From Macrostomum lignano (lineage: Eukaryota), in contig NIVC01001396.1 of NCBI GenBank assembly GCA_002269645.1, positions 1-64,000 of the forward strand: a DNA stretch of 64,000 bases, written 5' to 3'. Each line of letters opens with the position of its first letter. Position 1 is the stretch's first letter. The translations under genes and the position numbers were made by a program. Below, piece after piece: positions 13,430-24,911 of this stretch. The notes below the pieces were generated by a model, which ran no database searches, had not been told where the DNA came from, and was given only the letters and a program-made list of their open reading frames with translations.

Positions 13430-15500
13430 TTTTGTTCGTTGGCCCGTGTTTACGGAAGGAATCACGTGCTTTGGGCCCCTTGCCTTCTCTAAGGTAATAG
13501 GTGACTCATGTTTCTAAAAATAGATACTGAAGTCATGCGGCCCTGTGCACTTTACCCGCAGACCCTGCATGCCTTCTCTAAGGGGGAGGGTGACGTCAGT
13601 TCTAAAAATAGAACAGAGTCACGAGGTCGGCGCACAATGGCGCAGCGGGGATTCCCTGCCTATAAATACGTGGCCCTCACCCTTGGTTCAGTCAAGGATT
13701 TTTGTTCTTGTTCTTCTTCTTTAGTCTAGTTTTCCAGACTTGGTTTAGTTGCCCGTTTAAGATATCTGTAATTGGCCTGACTAAACTTAGACGCCAAAGC
13801 CTAAGGGAGGCTAACACTGCCTTCCCAGCCACCCCCTTAGCCCGGCGGGATCTGCTGACCATGACGCCTTGTTCATTAATCTGCAAATCTGCACGCTGTG
13901 CTGAGTTCGTTGACTTGTTTATTTCGTTCCGACGGGAAGCTCACCTCACTGAAGGTCGAGACCTGAAGGAACTGGTGGCAGCACTACCTACGCTACTAAG
14001 AGCTAATAAGAATCTTCCGAGAGAAGAGGCTCGAGACTTAAGGTAGAGCTCAAGTGCCTAAGCCGGGAAGCTAAAAGCTCTCTACTTCACTACCATGCAA
14101 ACTTTTCCAACATTTTTAGTACGCGTGGATTTCTGTATACTATTAATCTCAGCGTCAATTTCGCCGAGGCCGAGTGACTCATGGAAACTCCATCATCTTC
14201 AAGTGCCCCTGTAGAGATCTCCAAATACGATACAAAGTAAACTACTGTAAGTAGTAACATAAAAATGCGAAAAACTTGAATGTTATAAAAATTGCAAACT
14301 GTCATACTCTATTTTAAGACCGTGAATACAACGTACAACGAAGCATGAGACAAGTTGCAACGATGGTGAAATATGTCGCAACTATGGTGAAATATGATGA
14401 AATATGATGAAATATGAGTCGCGCTACTAAATATATACCAAAAATTCGACTATAAATATAAGCGTAAAATCCGAGCTGAAACCTCAGACTCGGAGCAGCC
14501 TCAAAGGATCTTGTGGTTAGTTAGAGCAACTAATCGAGGCTATATCTCTGGGAGAGAAGCGTATAAATTGTGAAGTGTTGTTCAAGTCTTCGTTATTTTG
14601 ATTAATTGAGAGCGATTTTATTGCCGGCCGGCCGTTGTTGATTCGTTGACTTTACTGAGACTATTTGAGGCCTCCCATTTTTCCTAAGGGATTGGATAGG
14701 ATCTGCGGACCGATTCCGATACCCTTAGAGGATTGCTGACTGTTGATTTGGATTATCCTAGATTAACCGATAGGAGCACACGACTCCGATTCCGTTAGAT
14801 CTAGAAGAAGACGCCCCCTTTGGAGGACCTCGCGTTAGAATTTGAGTTTATTAGGGCGCACTGTTGATACTGATTTGGCACTCGAGAAACGTACTGAATC
14901 CCGCACTCAAGGAGATATTTCGACGTCGACTTCACTGTTCTGCTCTCACTCTCGGCCGACTTTGGACTTCGAAGACTTCAAGAAGATTCCTCCGGAGAAG
15001 AAGAAGATTGGTAGAAGCGAACTCTACAAACGCGCGCCACAAGGAAGAAACAAGGAACGAGCTCGGAGAACCTGCCGGACACAGAAGAAGAGCCCGCCAC
15101 AGTAAGTGAACACGTTAATTTTGTTCCCAGGCTTAAGTGTCTGGAAGTGGGAGTTTTCGGGAGACTGATCACCTCCCGAATCAACTCTTCACCCCGACAT
15201 GGACTGTGCGACCTTCGTTAAAGACTAGCTGGCTACAGCAACTTCCTACGAGGCCTGTGCGGTGCGGCAACTGCGGCGACTGCGGCCTTCACGACATCAA
15301 CTACTGCCTGAATGCGTGCAAGTTAGACCAAGACTTCTTTCACAGCGTTCGGCAGGCCTTTGTCGCTGCCGGACCGAACCTACTGGCACTTTTCCACAGC
15401 TGGCTTGACACGGACCTTCAAAAGCGATTTAGTAGTAGATCTCGATACATATCGGCAATTATATTCCTACACAACATACTATTGGAAATTTAAAAAATTG
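13430..15500. other. Unclassified degenerate element-like block(s) with promoter motifs
   Basis: CACGTG, TGACTCA and TGACGTCA motifs at ~13.47-13.60 kb, TATA-like TATAAATA at ~13670 and ~14450, and only short ORFs without a recognisable domain. No terminal repeats or TSD were found. Confidence 0.2.
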
Positions 15501-16179
15501 AGTATACTAACATTTGGCTTCATTTGATGGCGATATTGAACAAGCTCTTCAATTCTGATTTCGTGCTTGCATAAGTTACGGTGAGATTGAACATCAACCA
15601 ACTGGTGATCACGATGAGTCATGATGAGTTCCTGCACCGGATACTGAAACTAGCATTATATACGTTGTAAAGAACTTTTACCCAGACCAAAATGACAAGT
15701 CAAAACGGCCATTATTACACAATTCAGCGACTTCTCCGGCAGATGCTTACCAATCGATAAAAGCAGGCATACTGCTGTGATTTACTTAAACTAATTAAAA
15801 ATTTATGACTAAATTATACCCATTATCTTATCTGACCGTCAATTAAACTGTCCCTCGCCACGCTCAACCAATGTACATCATATCATACTCTCTGCCCAAG
15901 TGACCAATCAGCTCACCCACCTCTCCTCTCGTCCAATCAAATCATGTTTAATGAAATGACCGGAAAAGTGTGTTAATTTGACCCGGTGTGCTGGGTAAAA
16001 GTATGATACAATACGCTTTACGTGCACTCGTATTTTGGGCCATTGTTTTCAACTCCGCGTCATACTATGCAATCTACACAATTCTTGAACTATTGCTTAA
16101 CTTTTGTGTCGCGTGAAATCGCCCATTTCGGGGGAGGGGGTTTGGTGTTTCTAAGTGTTTATTGCTGACGTGAATCGCA

Positions 16180-16410
16180 TCGATGCTGCTGAGGGGGAAT
16201 GATTGCTGAGGGATAATGAAACTGAGAGGAATGATGCTGAGGGAGAATGATTCTGAAGAGAATTATGCTGAGGGGAATGATGCTGAGGACGAATTATGCT
16301 GAGTGGAATGATGCTGAGGGCGAATGATTAAGCTGGGTAATGATGCTGAGGGGAAAATGATGGTGATGGTGCATGATATTCTGAGGGGAAATGATGCTGA
16401 GGGGATATTC
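16180..16410. repeat. Degenerate ~15-17-bp tandem repeat (GCTGAGGGGAATGAT)
   Basis: About a dozen visible ATGCTGAGGG...AATG units. Confidence 0.75.
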
Positions 16411-17098
16411 CACGAGGGGATTTTACTGTGTCGGTCACGCGTAGTGGGGGGATCGACTAGTTTCTTAAGAAAAATGTCTTTCTAGGGGAAAAGTATGCTG
16501 AATTTCCAACTACGCTAACTGATTTCAATCTTCTAAAGATTCTGACTCGCATTTTAGCGTAGCTTTGCACAGTACTCCGCGTAGTTTAAATAATGTTTTG
16601 CCTCTTACAATTAATTAGCAAGTCAGATTGAAAAAAAGAAAAGACTTACCCACGCGTTTTTGTTTATTACATTCGCCAGATGTGAAGAGTGCGTGGGGCT
16701 GTTGAAATAAAACAGTCCACAAAGTGTGCGAAAGCTGAGTGAAAGTTTATAACAAATTGTAAAGGGCATGGTACGAACTAGCAGTTGAAGACTGGCTGTG
16801 CATAAAAAAATTGGTCTGGCGTAAATGCTAGGTAGCCTCGTACACTGTTCTGTACCCATTTTTTCTGACTTTGACGCGGTGTGGTGTTGTAGTTGGAGCC
16901 GAAATGCAGCTTGGCTCGCACTACACTATTGAATCGTACGTACACCGTATTGATACTTTGCAGGCTTCAAACGCTGAATATAAACAGAACTGACTTGAAT
17001 TTGCTAGCAAGTCTTACACTTCAGTTTCTGCTCTGTAGAGCCTTGCTTAACTAACTTCTATTTTAGTACAAGTGTTGGACGACAAATTCCAGAACAAC

Positions 17099-19159
17099 AT
17101 GGCCAACCAGGGACCCAGCTACGGACTCAGCGCGGAACTAGAGAGAAAAGTTAGCCAATTCTAAATCGGGGTATTATTGCAATAAATTAACAGATTTCAT
17201 TTCTCACCCGGTGACTCTAATAATGCCAATTTCAGCGACGAGAAAAGCGAAACCCTGCTCAAGAGTCGCAGGTGCTCGACTGGATTGAGGCGGTTCTGAA
17301 GCAACCGCTCGACCGAACCAAGCCATACGAAGACCTGCTTTGGGATGGTGAATATCGGTTCTATAGTTATTTAGTGTTATACTTTATAATTTGCTCCCTT
17401 GCCCAGCAGCCCTTTAAGAGGGGACAAGCTGGCGAAAATGTTGGGCCTGTAAACGTTAGAGAGACCCCAGTTTGGGCCGAAGTCGGTGACAATAAAGTGC
17501 TCGGAATTCACAACACCTAAGGAGCAGAGAGGCCAGTCCTCACTATGGATTTTACCCAGGAGGTAGCGATGTCTAACGAAGCAGCCGTGATCCAAAAGGT
17601 TACCACCCCTATGTCCCCAAGGTTCAGTGTTATTAGATGGGGTGTTCAATGACATCAACTTTGTGTGTCAGTATCGTCAACTTTGGATGCTCGGTGACGT
17701 CAAACTTGTGTTAGTTACTCGTACGTCAACTTTGTATGTCAACGACGTTATCGTTGTGTGTCAGTGAAGTCAACTTTGGGTGTTCAGTGATATAATTTTT
17801 GTATGTCAGTGACATCAAATTTTGGCTGCTCAAGGAAGTCAGCGACGTCATATATTATGTCCAGTGACGACAACTTTGTGTGTTGGTTACGTCAATTTTG
17901 TGTATAAACGACTTCAACTTTGTATGTCAGTGAAGTCAAATTTAATTTGTATGCCAGTTACGTCACCTTTGTGTGTTAGTGACGTCAAATTAGACTTCTC
18001 CGTGACGTCATCTTCGTGTGCCAGTGACGTCAACTTTGTATGTCAGTACGCAAACTTTGGGCATAGTGATGTTAACAGGGTCGTCAAGGTGCAATCGGAG
18101 TCCTTACCCCACACCGCCGATTGCCGACTTTCTGTAGGTAACCTGTGAGCAATTGGCTAATAGTGAATATTACAAAATAGTTTTTAAACTTATCTCACAG
18201 GCATCCTGCTGTGCAAACTGATGAACACCATCCGTCCTGGCAGTGTGAAACGCATTCACGAAAACACTAAGATGCCATTTAAACTGATGGAGAATATCGA
18301 CAGCTTCCTGAAAGGCATGACCGCCTTTGGGGTGCCATCGTCGGATCTGTTTCAAACCATCGACCTGTTTGAGAAGAAGGACATCTGCCAGGTCACCCAG
18401 AGTCTCTTCGCTCTGGGTCGTACGGTTGGTACTTTTTGTAGTTAGTACTTTTGGAACCTCATGAAGATCAGTAGTTTAGTTTATTACTGTTATACTTTGA
18501 AATTTGAGTAGCATCAGTCGGTGTCAGAGGTGTCAACTTTTAGGTGTCGTTAGCGTCATTTGAGAGATTGACATTTCATTTGATGAGTTGCGATTTAATT
18601 TGAGGGGGTGCCGTTTAATTTGAGAGGCCGCCATTTCATTTGAGACGCTGCCATTTCATTTGAGACGCCGCCATTTCATTTGAGACGCTGCCATTTCATT
18701 TGAGACGCCGCCATTTCATTTGAGACGCCGCCATTTTATGAGACGCCGCCATTTCATTTGAGACGCCGCCATTTTATGAGACGCCGCCATTTCATTTGAG
18801 ACGCCGCCATTTTATGAGACGCCGCCATTTCATTTGAGACGCCGCCATTTTATTTGAGAGGCCGCCATTTCATTTGAGAGGGGGGGGGGAATTTGCACAC
18901 CTTTAGATTCAATACCTTTCTCTGTTAACTGTAGCACTGGAGCTGGAAACGCATGCCTACGCCCCATCCGCAGTGCCAGGTGCAGCCGGACTACTCCGGT
19001 CCCATCCTGGGCCCCAAGCTGTCCGAAGAGAATCGTCGCACATTCACCGAAGAGCAGCTGAACGCCAACAAGACGGTGATCGGGCTGCAGGCCGGCTACA
19101 ACAAGGGCGCCAGTCAGGCTGGAATGAACTTTGGCAAAACCAGGAAGATTCTCGACTAA
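17099..19159 (+). CDS. Calponin-family actin-binding protein (myophilin/transgelin/Mp20-like), ~190 aa. Exons 17099-17149, 17236-17347, 18201-18424, 18974-19159
   Basis: Spliced product MANQGPSYGLSAELERK|RREKRNPAQESQVLDWIE...WDG|ILLCKLMNTIRPGSV...MENIDSFL...DLFQTIDLFEKKD..QV..SLFALGRT|CQ...GPILGPKLSEENRRTFTEEQL...IGLQAGYNKGASQAGMNFGKTRKILD*. This is a CH domain plus one calponin repeat; all junctions are GT-AG and phase-consistent. Confidence 0.95.
17640..18065. repeat. Degenerate ~22-bp tandem repeat in calponin intron 2
   Basis: Recurrent GTCAACTTTGTRTGTCAGTGAC-like units. Confidence 0.7.
18605..18880. repeat. 18-20-bp tandem repeat (ATTTCATTTGAGACGCCGCC) in calponin intron 3
   Basis: About 13 near-identical units, some with a shorter ATTTTATGAGAC variant. 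Confidence 0.9.
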
Positions 19160-19676
19160 GCTGCATGGTGCTTGTCCGACCTGCAGGTCCAAGAAATGAT
19201 TTGAGACGGAAAAATAATGTTTTAACTCGATGGCAAAATAGTTTGCAACAATTTTAGAGTCAAATTCTATACTCAGTAGGCAATGAAGGGCGCGACAATA
19301 TTACTATAGTACTCGACGTACTTTTGGTTTAAATATTATATTTTTAAATTTACAATAATTCTTAGCTTACTGCGGCAATAAATACTCTTAAGGACATAGT
19401 TGCTATCTAATTGAGAGATCAGTGAAAATTTGGAGACTTACGTTTTGTTTTGTTAATCTAAATTCGTTATGCTTTGCTTACCGAAACGCGATAAGAAACC
19501 AAAATTTTACCGCAAGAATAAACAATTATTAAAATGTATTCTCATATCGCAAGAGCAGTTATGACGGCTATATTTAGCTTCTATTTTTTTATTTGTATAG
19601 AAAAGCAAAAAGGTGCAAGGAATTTCCTGGACCACAATAGTACAGCTCCTCATTCTCAAAATAAGCGGGGTAAACT

Positions 19677-21305
19677 TCATACAACAGTCGATCTGGCATC
19701 TTTGATGGACTTTTCGGCCTTTTTCTGCCCGTGAACTGTGAGGTCATAGATCAACTCGATGAACTCGCACAGGGTGAGCAGGGACATGCCCAAGTAGATG
19801 CCCATGATGCCGCCCACGTCAGAGATGAAGTTCTGCAGTCCGTAGTCGATGGAAAAGGTCACCTCGTCGCTGAGAACCCGGTCCGGCTTAAAGTGCACCT
19901 TCAGTAGGTTGTTTCTCACGTAGGATATCATAGTCGATTCGTTGCTGTTCAGAAGAAATTCGAGCGCAGGTACGCTTAGGTTCTTCGACTTGGCCCGCAC
20001 CAGGGCCTCTGCGATTGAGGTTCTGACGTACCTGCCGACAGAGGACTGCGAGGGCCAGTCGGAGCTGGAGATGCTCGCACTGTAGGTCAGAGTGTTGCAT
20101 GGCTGTTTGGACTGGCACCTTCTCTTTGTCTCATTGGCAATCAGGTCTACCCGAGCATTTAAATTCTTGTCCCGATAAAACACGAAGAAATTTGGATTGC
20201 CTGTCAGATTCAAAACAAATTTTTTGTCTCTGAGAGGCCACGGGAGCGGACTGATGATACCTGAGAGGTTCACCAGTTCCTGGAACTGCTTGTGGTACTC
20301 GTAGTAGAAACAGTACGAATAGCTGTACTTGTGGCTGTACGGTGTCTGGTCGTATGGGTTCAAAAACTGGACGTCGCTTGTGTCACTGCTGCAATCGAAC
20401 TGTCCTTCCTTCTTCACGTGTCTGGTCATGATCATATTCACCGTGTGATGCTTGCCAGGTGCCAGCGAGAACGAGTCGACAAAGTCTGATGGGTACTCGC
20501 CGGGCGAAGTGAGAAATATTCGAAAGCCCAATCGCCTATCCAGCGTGTTGAAGTCCCTAACCGACAGGGACCAATCTGACACAGGAACCGGCGTGTCTTT
20601 TGTAATGACATAGTCCTCGATAGGGTGACCGGTCGAGTTCATTCCGGCGAAGCTCGAGTCGAGCAGCAGTGTCACATCGAGGCCAGAGGACAGACCCGTC
20701 TGCAGAACCTTGCTCTGCAAGTCGGCGCTCAGAATCCACCGGTAGCAGCGCATGTACCTTGGGTGGTAGAAGCTGGTTGCTGGCAGAGTTTTGTACTCTG
20801 GTAGGCCGTTTCCGTTACTATAAGTTACGTCGCTCGAAATGACATCCTGCTCCGGTCTGTGCGCCAGCTTGTCCACAAGCAGTCTATACGGAAGCGATTG
20901 AAGATTGACGAAGGACGTTTCCATAAACATGCTGATTTGTTCATCTGGACTGTCCGCCACGGTGGCAATCTGCTGCTTCAGTACGTAGTCATTAATGCGC
21001 AGTCGCGAGTTGATCTCGTTTGCCGAGTCGGCATCAATATTAGCCGCATAGCTTGCCGAGATTGGGTTTTCGAAGCAAATGTACACGTCCGGGAACTGGA
21101 AGTGTAAACTGTCGGCCTCAAGCGAGGTTGTCACCTGGCGTTGCTGCAGTTTGATTATGAAATCAATGAAGCCCTTGAAGAAGAGGCCGCTCATAAGCAG
21201 GAAAGCCAGCACCCAGGAAAACCGCACGTGCATCGGTTTACCAGTTACAGTACGAGGAAGACCGTGGGCTGTTGTGGCTTTGAGCGCTGAAATCACTGGA
21301 AGCAT
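19677..21305 (-). CDS. DEG/ENaC/ASIC-family amiloride-sensitive sodium channel subunit, intronless, 542 aa
   Basis: N-terminal HG motif (TTAHGLPR), TM1 (FSWVLAFLLMSGLFF), FPDVYICFENP (FPxVTxC motif), QPCNTLTY...SSSDWPS, and pre-TM2/TM2 FISDVGGIMGIYLGMSLLTLCEFIEL carrying the G-x-S selectivity filter. Confidence 0.92.
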   Translation of the reverse strand: MLPVISALKATTAHGLPRTVTGKPMHVRFSWVLAFLLMSGLFFKGFIDFIIKLQQRQVTTSLEADSLHFQFPDVYICFENPISASYAANIDADSANEINSRLRINDYVLKQQIATVADSPDEQISMFMETSFVNLQSLPYRLLVDKLAHRPEQDVISSDVTYSNGNGLPEYKTLPATSFYHPRYMRCYRWILSADLQSKVLQTGLSSGLDVTLLLDSSFAGMNSTGHPIEDYVITKDTPVPVSDWSLSVRDFNTLDRRLGFRIFLTSPGEYPSDFVDSFSLAPGKHHTVNMIMTRHVKKEGQFDCSSDTSDVQFLNPYDQTPYSHKYSYSYCFYYEYHKQFQELVNLSGIISPLPWPLRDKKFVLNLTGNPNFFVFYRDKNLNARVDLIANETKRRCQSKQPCNTLTYSASISSSDWPSQSSVGRYVRTSIAEALVRAKSKNLSVPALEFLLNSNESTMISYVRNNLLKVHFKPDRVLSDEVTFSIDYGLQNFISDVGGIMGIYLGMSLLTLCEFIELIYDLTVHGQKKAEKSIKDARSTVV

Positions 21306-22603
21306 TGCCGATCTCCTTAGCTACGTGACTTGTGTGATGCGAAGCTACGGAGATGGTCGCAAAAGCGAACTATTGATATTGTCACGAGTTTCGTGTGCAA
21401 GTCATTCTGCTTGAGCTGCTCCTGTGCTAATGAATCAATTTTTTTTCTATTTCCCTGGCATGCGGTTACTGTGCTCAGAATAACTCATTGGGCAGACTTT
21501 TATGAGTCATGAGGACTCTCCCTGGTCTAGTAAAAAATCCTTAACCAATAAGGGAAGCCCCTAATGCTGATTAATCCCCACATCGTTTTTTTTAGTTCGT
21601 CTCTCTTGACAATTCCCTCTCCCTTGGATCGACGCCCAACCCCCTATCTATTGTTTTATTTTTACTCAGATCATTGACCACACGTTGAGCCGGCAGAGAC
21701 CACAGATACTAATATCTGTTATTATATCAATAGTATCAGTGGTAGCGACCACAACCCGAAAACCCATTAGTCGTCAGCCAGAGCTCAATTCCTAATCGAA
21801 GCAATATGGGCGTATTGCTTTCATAATCCCCACAGCGGCACTAAGTGCATTATGGCTACTATAGTCTACCTAACTTGTCTTAGTTAGGTAGACTATAGGT
21901 AGTTAGGCAGTACATCTGATTTGTTAATATTATACGAGCGTATCCAAGTCAGCTGTACTGCAATAAATAATTAATTCACAAGCTCTCGATCTTGAGTGCA
22001 TGCGAGTAAATAAACAACTGGGACTAAATTAGTTGTTCATATTCTGCAGCAGCGTACATAACAAAAGGACACGAAGTCATTTTTTGGTAAAACAACCATC
22101 AAATTTTCGGTAAAGTAAAAGAGATTAACGATTCGCAAGTAGAGCTGAGCTCAGAAATTAAAATCAATAAGCTATATCATTTTTAAGCTTATCAACCTCT
22201 CTCCGCTGTAAAACCTTCAAAGTTTCATTTTAAAAACTTTTGGCGCATGCCATTATCAATTCCAATACCAATACTCACACAGGCACTGGCTGAACCAACT
22301 ACAATTTATGAGTCCAATGACAGCTCTCAACTTGATTGAAAATATACCCCGTAGTGAAGCCATATATGCGCGAGTTATGGCTAAATTTTGTTGCTAAATT
22401 TAGACAAATTGTCAATACCTCAGTTAATAGCTCAGGTAGCTTGCCAGGCATTTTAGGATAGTTATTGACAATTTGAAAATAAATATGAAAGAGGATTTCA
22501 CGCCAGCTCAGGGTGCTGAAGGGTAGAGCCAGAAATTCCGTGATCGCAGAAGTCTAGATATATCTAGCTCGGCGGTCTGGTTCCCGATGTCTGCTAGCGT
22601 GGC

Positions 22604-24048
22604 TGTGAGATTCCATCCCAGAGTGTGAGATTCCATTCCAGAGTGTGAGATCCTATCCCAAAGTGTGAGATTCCATCCGTGAGTGTGAGATTCCATTCCA
22701 GAGTGTGAGATCCTATCCCAGAGTGTGAGATTCCATCCCAGAGTGTAAGATTCCATCCCAGAGTTTGAGATCCTATCCCAGAGTGTGAGAATTCATCTCA
22801 TAATGTGAGATCCCATCCCAGAGTGTGAGAATTCATCTCATAATGTGAGATTTCATCCCAGAGTGTGATATTCCATCCCAGAGTGTGAGATTCCATCCCA
22901 GAGTGTGATATTCCATCCCAGAGTGTGATATTCCATCCCAGAGTGTGAGATTCCATCCCAGAGTGTGAGATTCCATCCCAGAGTGTGAGATTCCATCCCA
23001 GAGTGTGAGATTCCATCCCAGAGTGTGAGATTCCATCCCAGAGTGTGAGATTCCATCCCAGAGTGTGAGACTCCATCCCAGAGTGTGAGATTCCATCCCA
23101 GAGTGTGAGATTCCATCCCAGAGTGTGTTATTCAATCCCAGAGTGTGAGATTCCATCCCAGAGCGTGAGATTCCATCCCAGAGTGTGAGATTCCATTTCA
23201 GAGTGTGAGATCCCATCTCAGAGTGTGAGATTCCATCCTAGAGGGTGAGATTCCATCTCATAATGTGAGATCCCATCCCAGAGTGTGAGATTCCATCCCA
23301 GAGTGTGAGATCCCATCCCAGAGTGTGAGATCCCATCCCAGAGTGTGATATTCCATCCCAGAGTGTGAGATTCCATCCCAGAGTGTGATATTCCATCCCA
23401 GAGTGTGAGATTCCATTTCAGAGTATGAGATCCCATCCCAGAGTGTGAGATTTCATTTTGAGTGTGAGATTTCATTTTAGAGTGTGAGATTTCATTTTAG
23501 AGTGTGAGATTTCATTTTAGAGTGTGAGATCCCATCCTTGAGTGTGAGATTCCATCTCATAATGTGAGATCCCATCCCGGAGTGTGAGATTCCATCCTAG
23601 AGTGTGAGATTCCATCCAAGAGTGTGAGATCCTATCCCAGAGTGTGAGATTCCATCCCAGAGAGTGAGATCCTATCCCACAGTGTGAGATTCCATCCCAG
23701 AGTGTGAGATCCTATCCCAGAGTGTGAGATTCCATCCCAGAGTGTGAGAATTCATCTCATAATGTGAGATCCCATCCCAGAGTGTGAGAATTCATCTCGT
23801 AATGTGAGATCCTATCCCAGAGTGTGAGATTCCATCCCAGAGTGTGATATTCCATCCCAGAGTGTGATATTCCATCCCAGAGTGTGATATTCCATCCCAG
23901 AGTGTGAGATTCCATCCCAGAGTGTGAGATTCCATCCCAGAGTGAAAGATTCCATCCCAGAGTGTGAGATTCCATCCCAGAGTGAAAGATTCCATCCCAG
24001 AGTGAAAGATTCCATCCCAGAGTGTGAGATTCCTCCCCAGAGTGTGAG
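22604..24048. repeat. 20-bp satellite (GAGTGTGAGATTCCATCCCA)n, left part
   Basis: About 70 tandem units read directly from the sequence. Confidence 0.97.
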
Positions 24049-24521
24049 CAACAACAACAACAACAAGATACGTGGCCCTGCAAGCAAAGGTCACAGGTAC
24101 GGCAGGGCGCGTCAGATGGCGCGCCGCAGAGCCTTGGAGCAGTAGCCCTCGGCCTGGGATCACGTGGCCCGCCAGTTGAAGTCACCGCCGGCGCAGGATG
24201 ATGAACGGTCGTTGCAGCTTGGCCCGATCGTACAGGGCCTCGGTCCCGACGCTCTCGTCAACTCGAAAGGCCGCACGGAGCAGCCCTGTGTCCGCCAAGT
24301 CCAGCTGCCGCTCTAGCGTAGCCGTCAGAGTCCACGTCTCGGCGTTGTACAGCAGGACGGTTTCGACCACCGCCTGCCACAGCCGAGCCCTCTGACGGTC
24401 GGGCAGCGCTTCGGACTGGAGGACGGCTCAGATCGAACGAAAGGCCGCCCAGGCAAGTCCTCTGCGCCGCCGGAGGTCTTCCTCCACGTGAGGCACCAGA
24501 CCGCCGAGGTAGGTGAACCGC
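24049..24521 (-). mobile_element. RTE-like non-LTR retrotransposon, 3' part (RT C-terminus plus (TTG)n tail)
   Basis: The minus strand encodes FTYLGGLVPHVEEDLRRRRGLAWAAFRSI, VETVLLYNAETWTLTATLERQLD and ILRRR*LQLAGHVI, and ends in a (TTG)n tract at 24049-24066. It joins in frame to 35355-35632 when the 24522-35348 insert and one TSD copy are removed. Confidence 0.88.
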
Positions 24522-24911
24522 ACTACGTATCGCGCCGTTATGTGTTGATTTTCAGAATTCTGACGCAAAAAACGCAAATTATACTACTATCTGAAAATGA
24601 AGTAAGTAGTATATGAAAATGCTATCCTAAGCGTGATATATGTATACATAGCATATTTCTATATGTACTTGCATATGTACATTAATACAACTGCATTCAT
24701 CCCTATCTATCTCAAAATGGATATATGTACATTAATCCCATGTACATTAATCCCTATCTATCTCAAATGTCCATGTCTATCCCCAATTGTATATGTACGC
24801 AGTACATACATGTGCATTAATCTACATGTACAGTGTCATCCCCAGACGGCCCGCGCGCGCCAAGATTACAACTCGAAACCCTACTACATGTACAATCTCA
24901 TCCAAATGAGT
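24522..24911 (+). repeat. Left terminal inverted repeat (~390 bp)
   Basis: Reverse complement of ~34893-35348, near-identical over the outer ~330 bp with indels toward the inner end; rich in ATGTACAT palindromes. Confidence 0.9.

Noticed and set aside
22508-24185. ORFs with repeating MESHTLGWNLTLWDGISHSG peptides (also 35276-37902)
   Set aside because: Translation artefacts of the 20-bp satellite; all three minus frames give the same rotated peptide.
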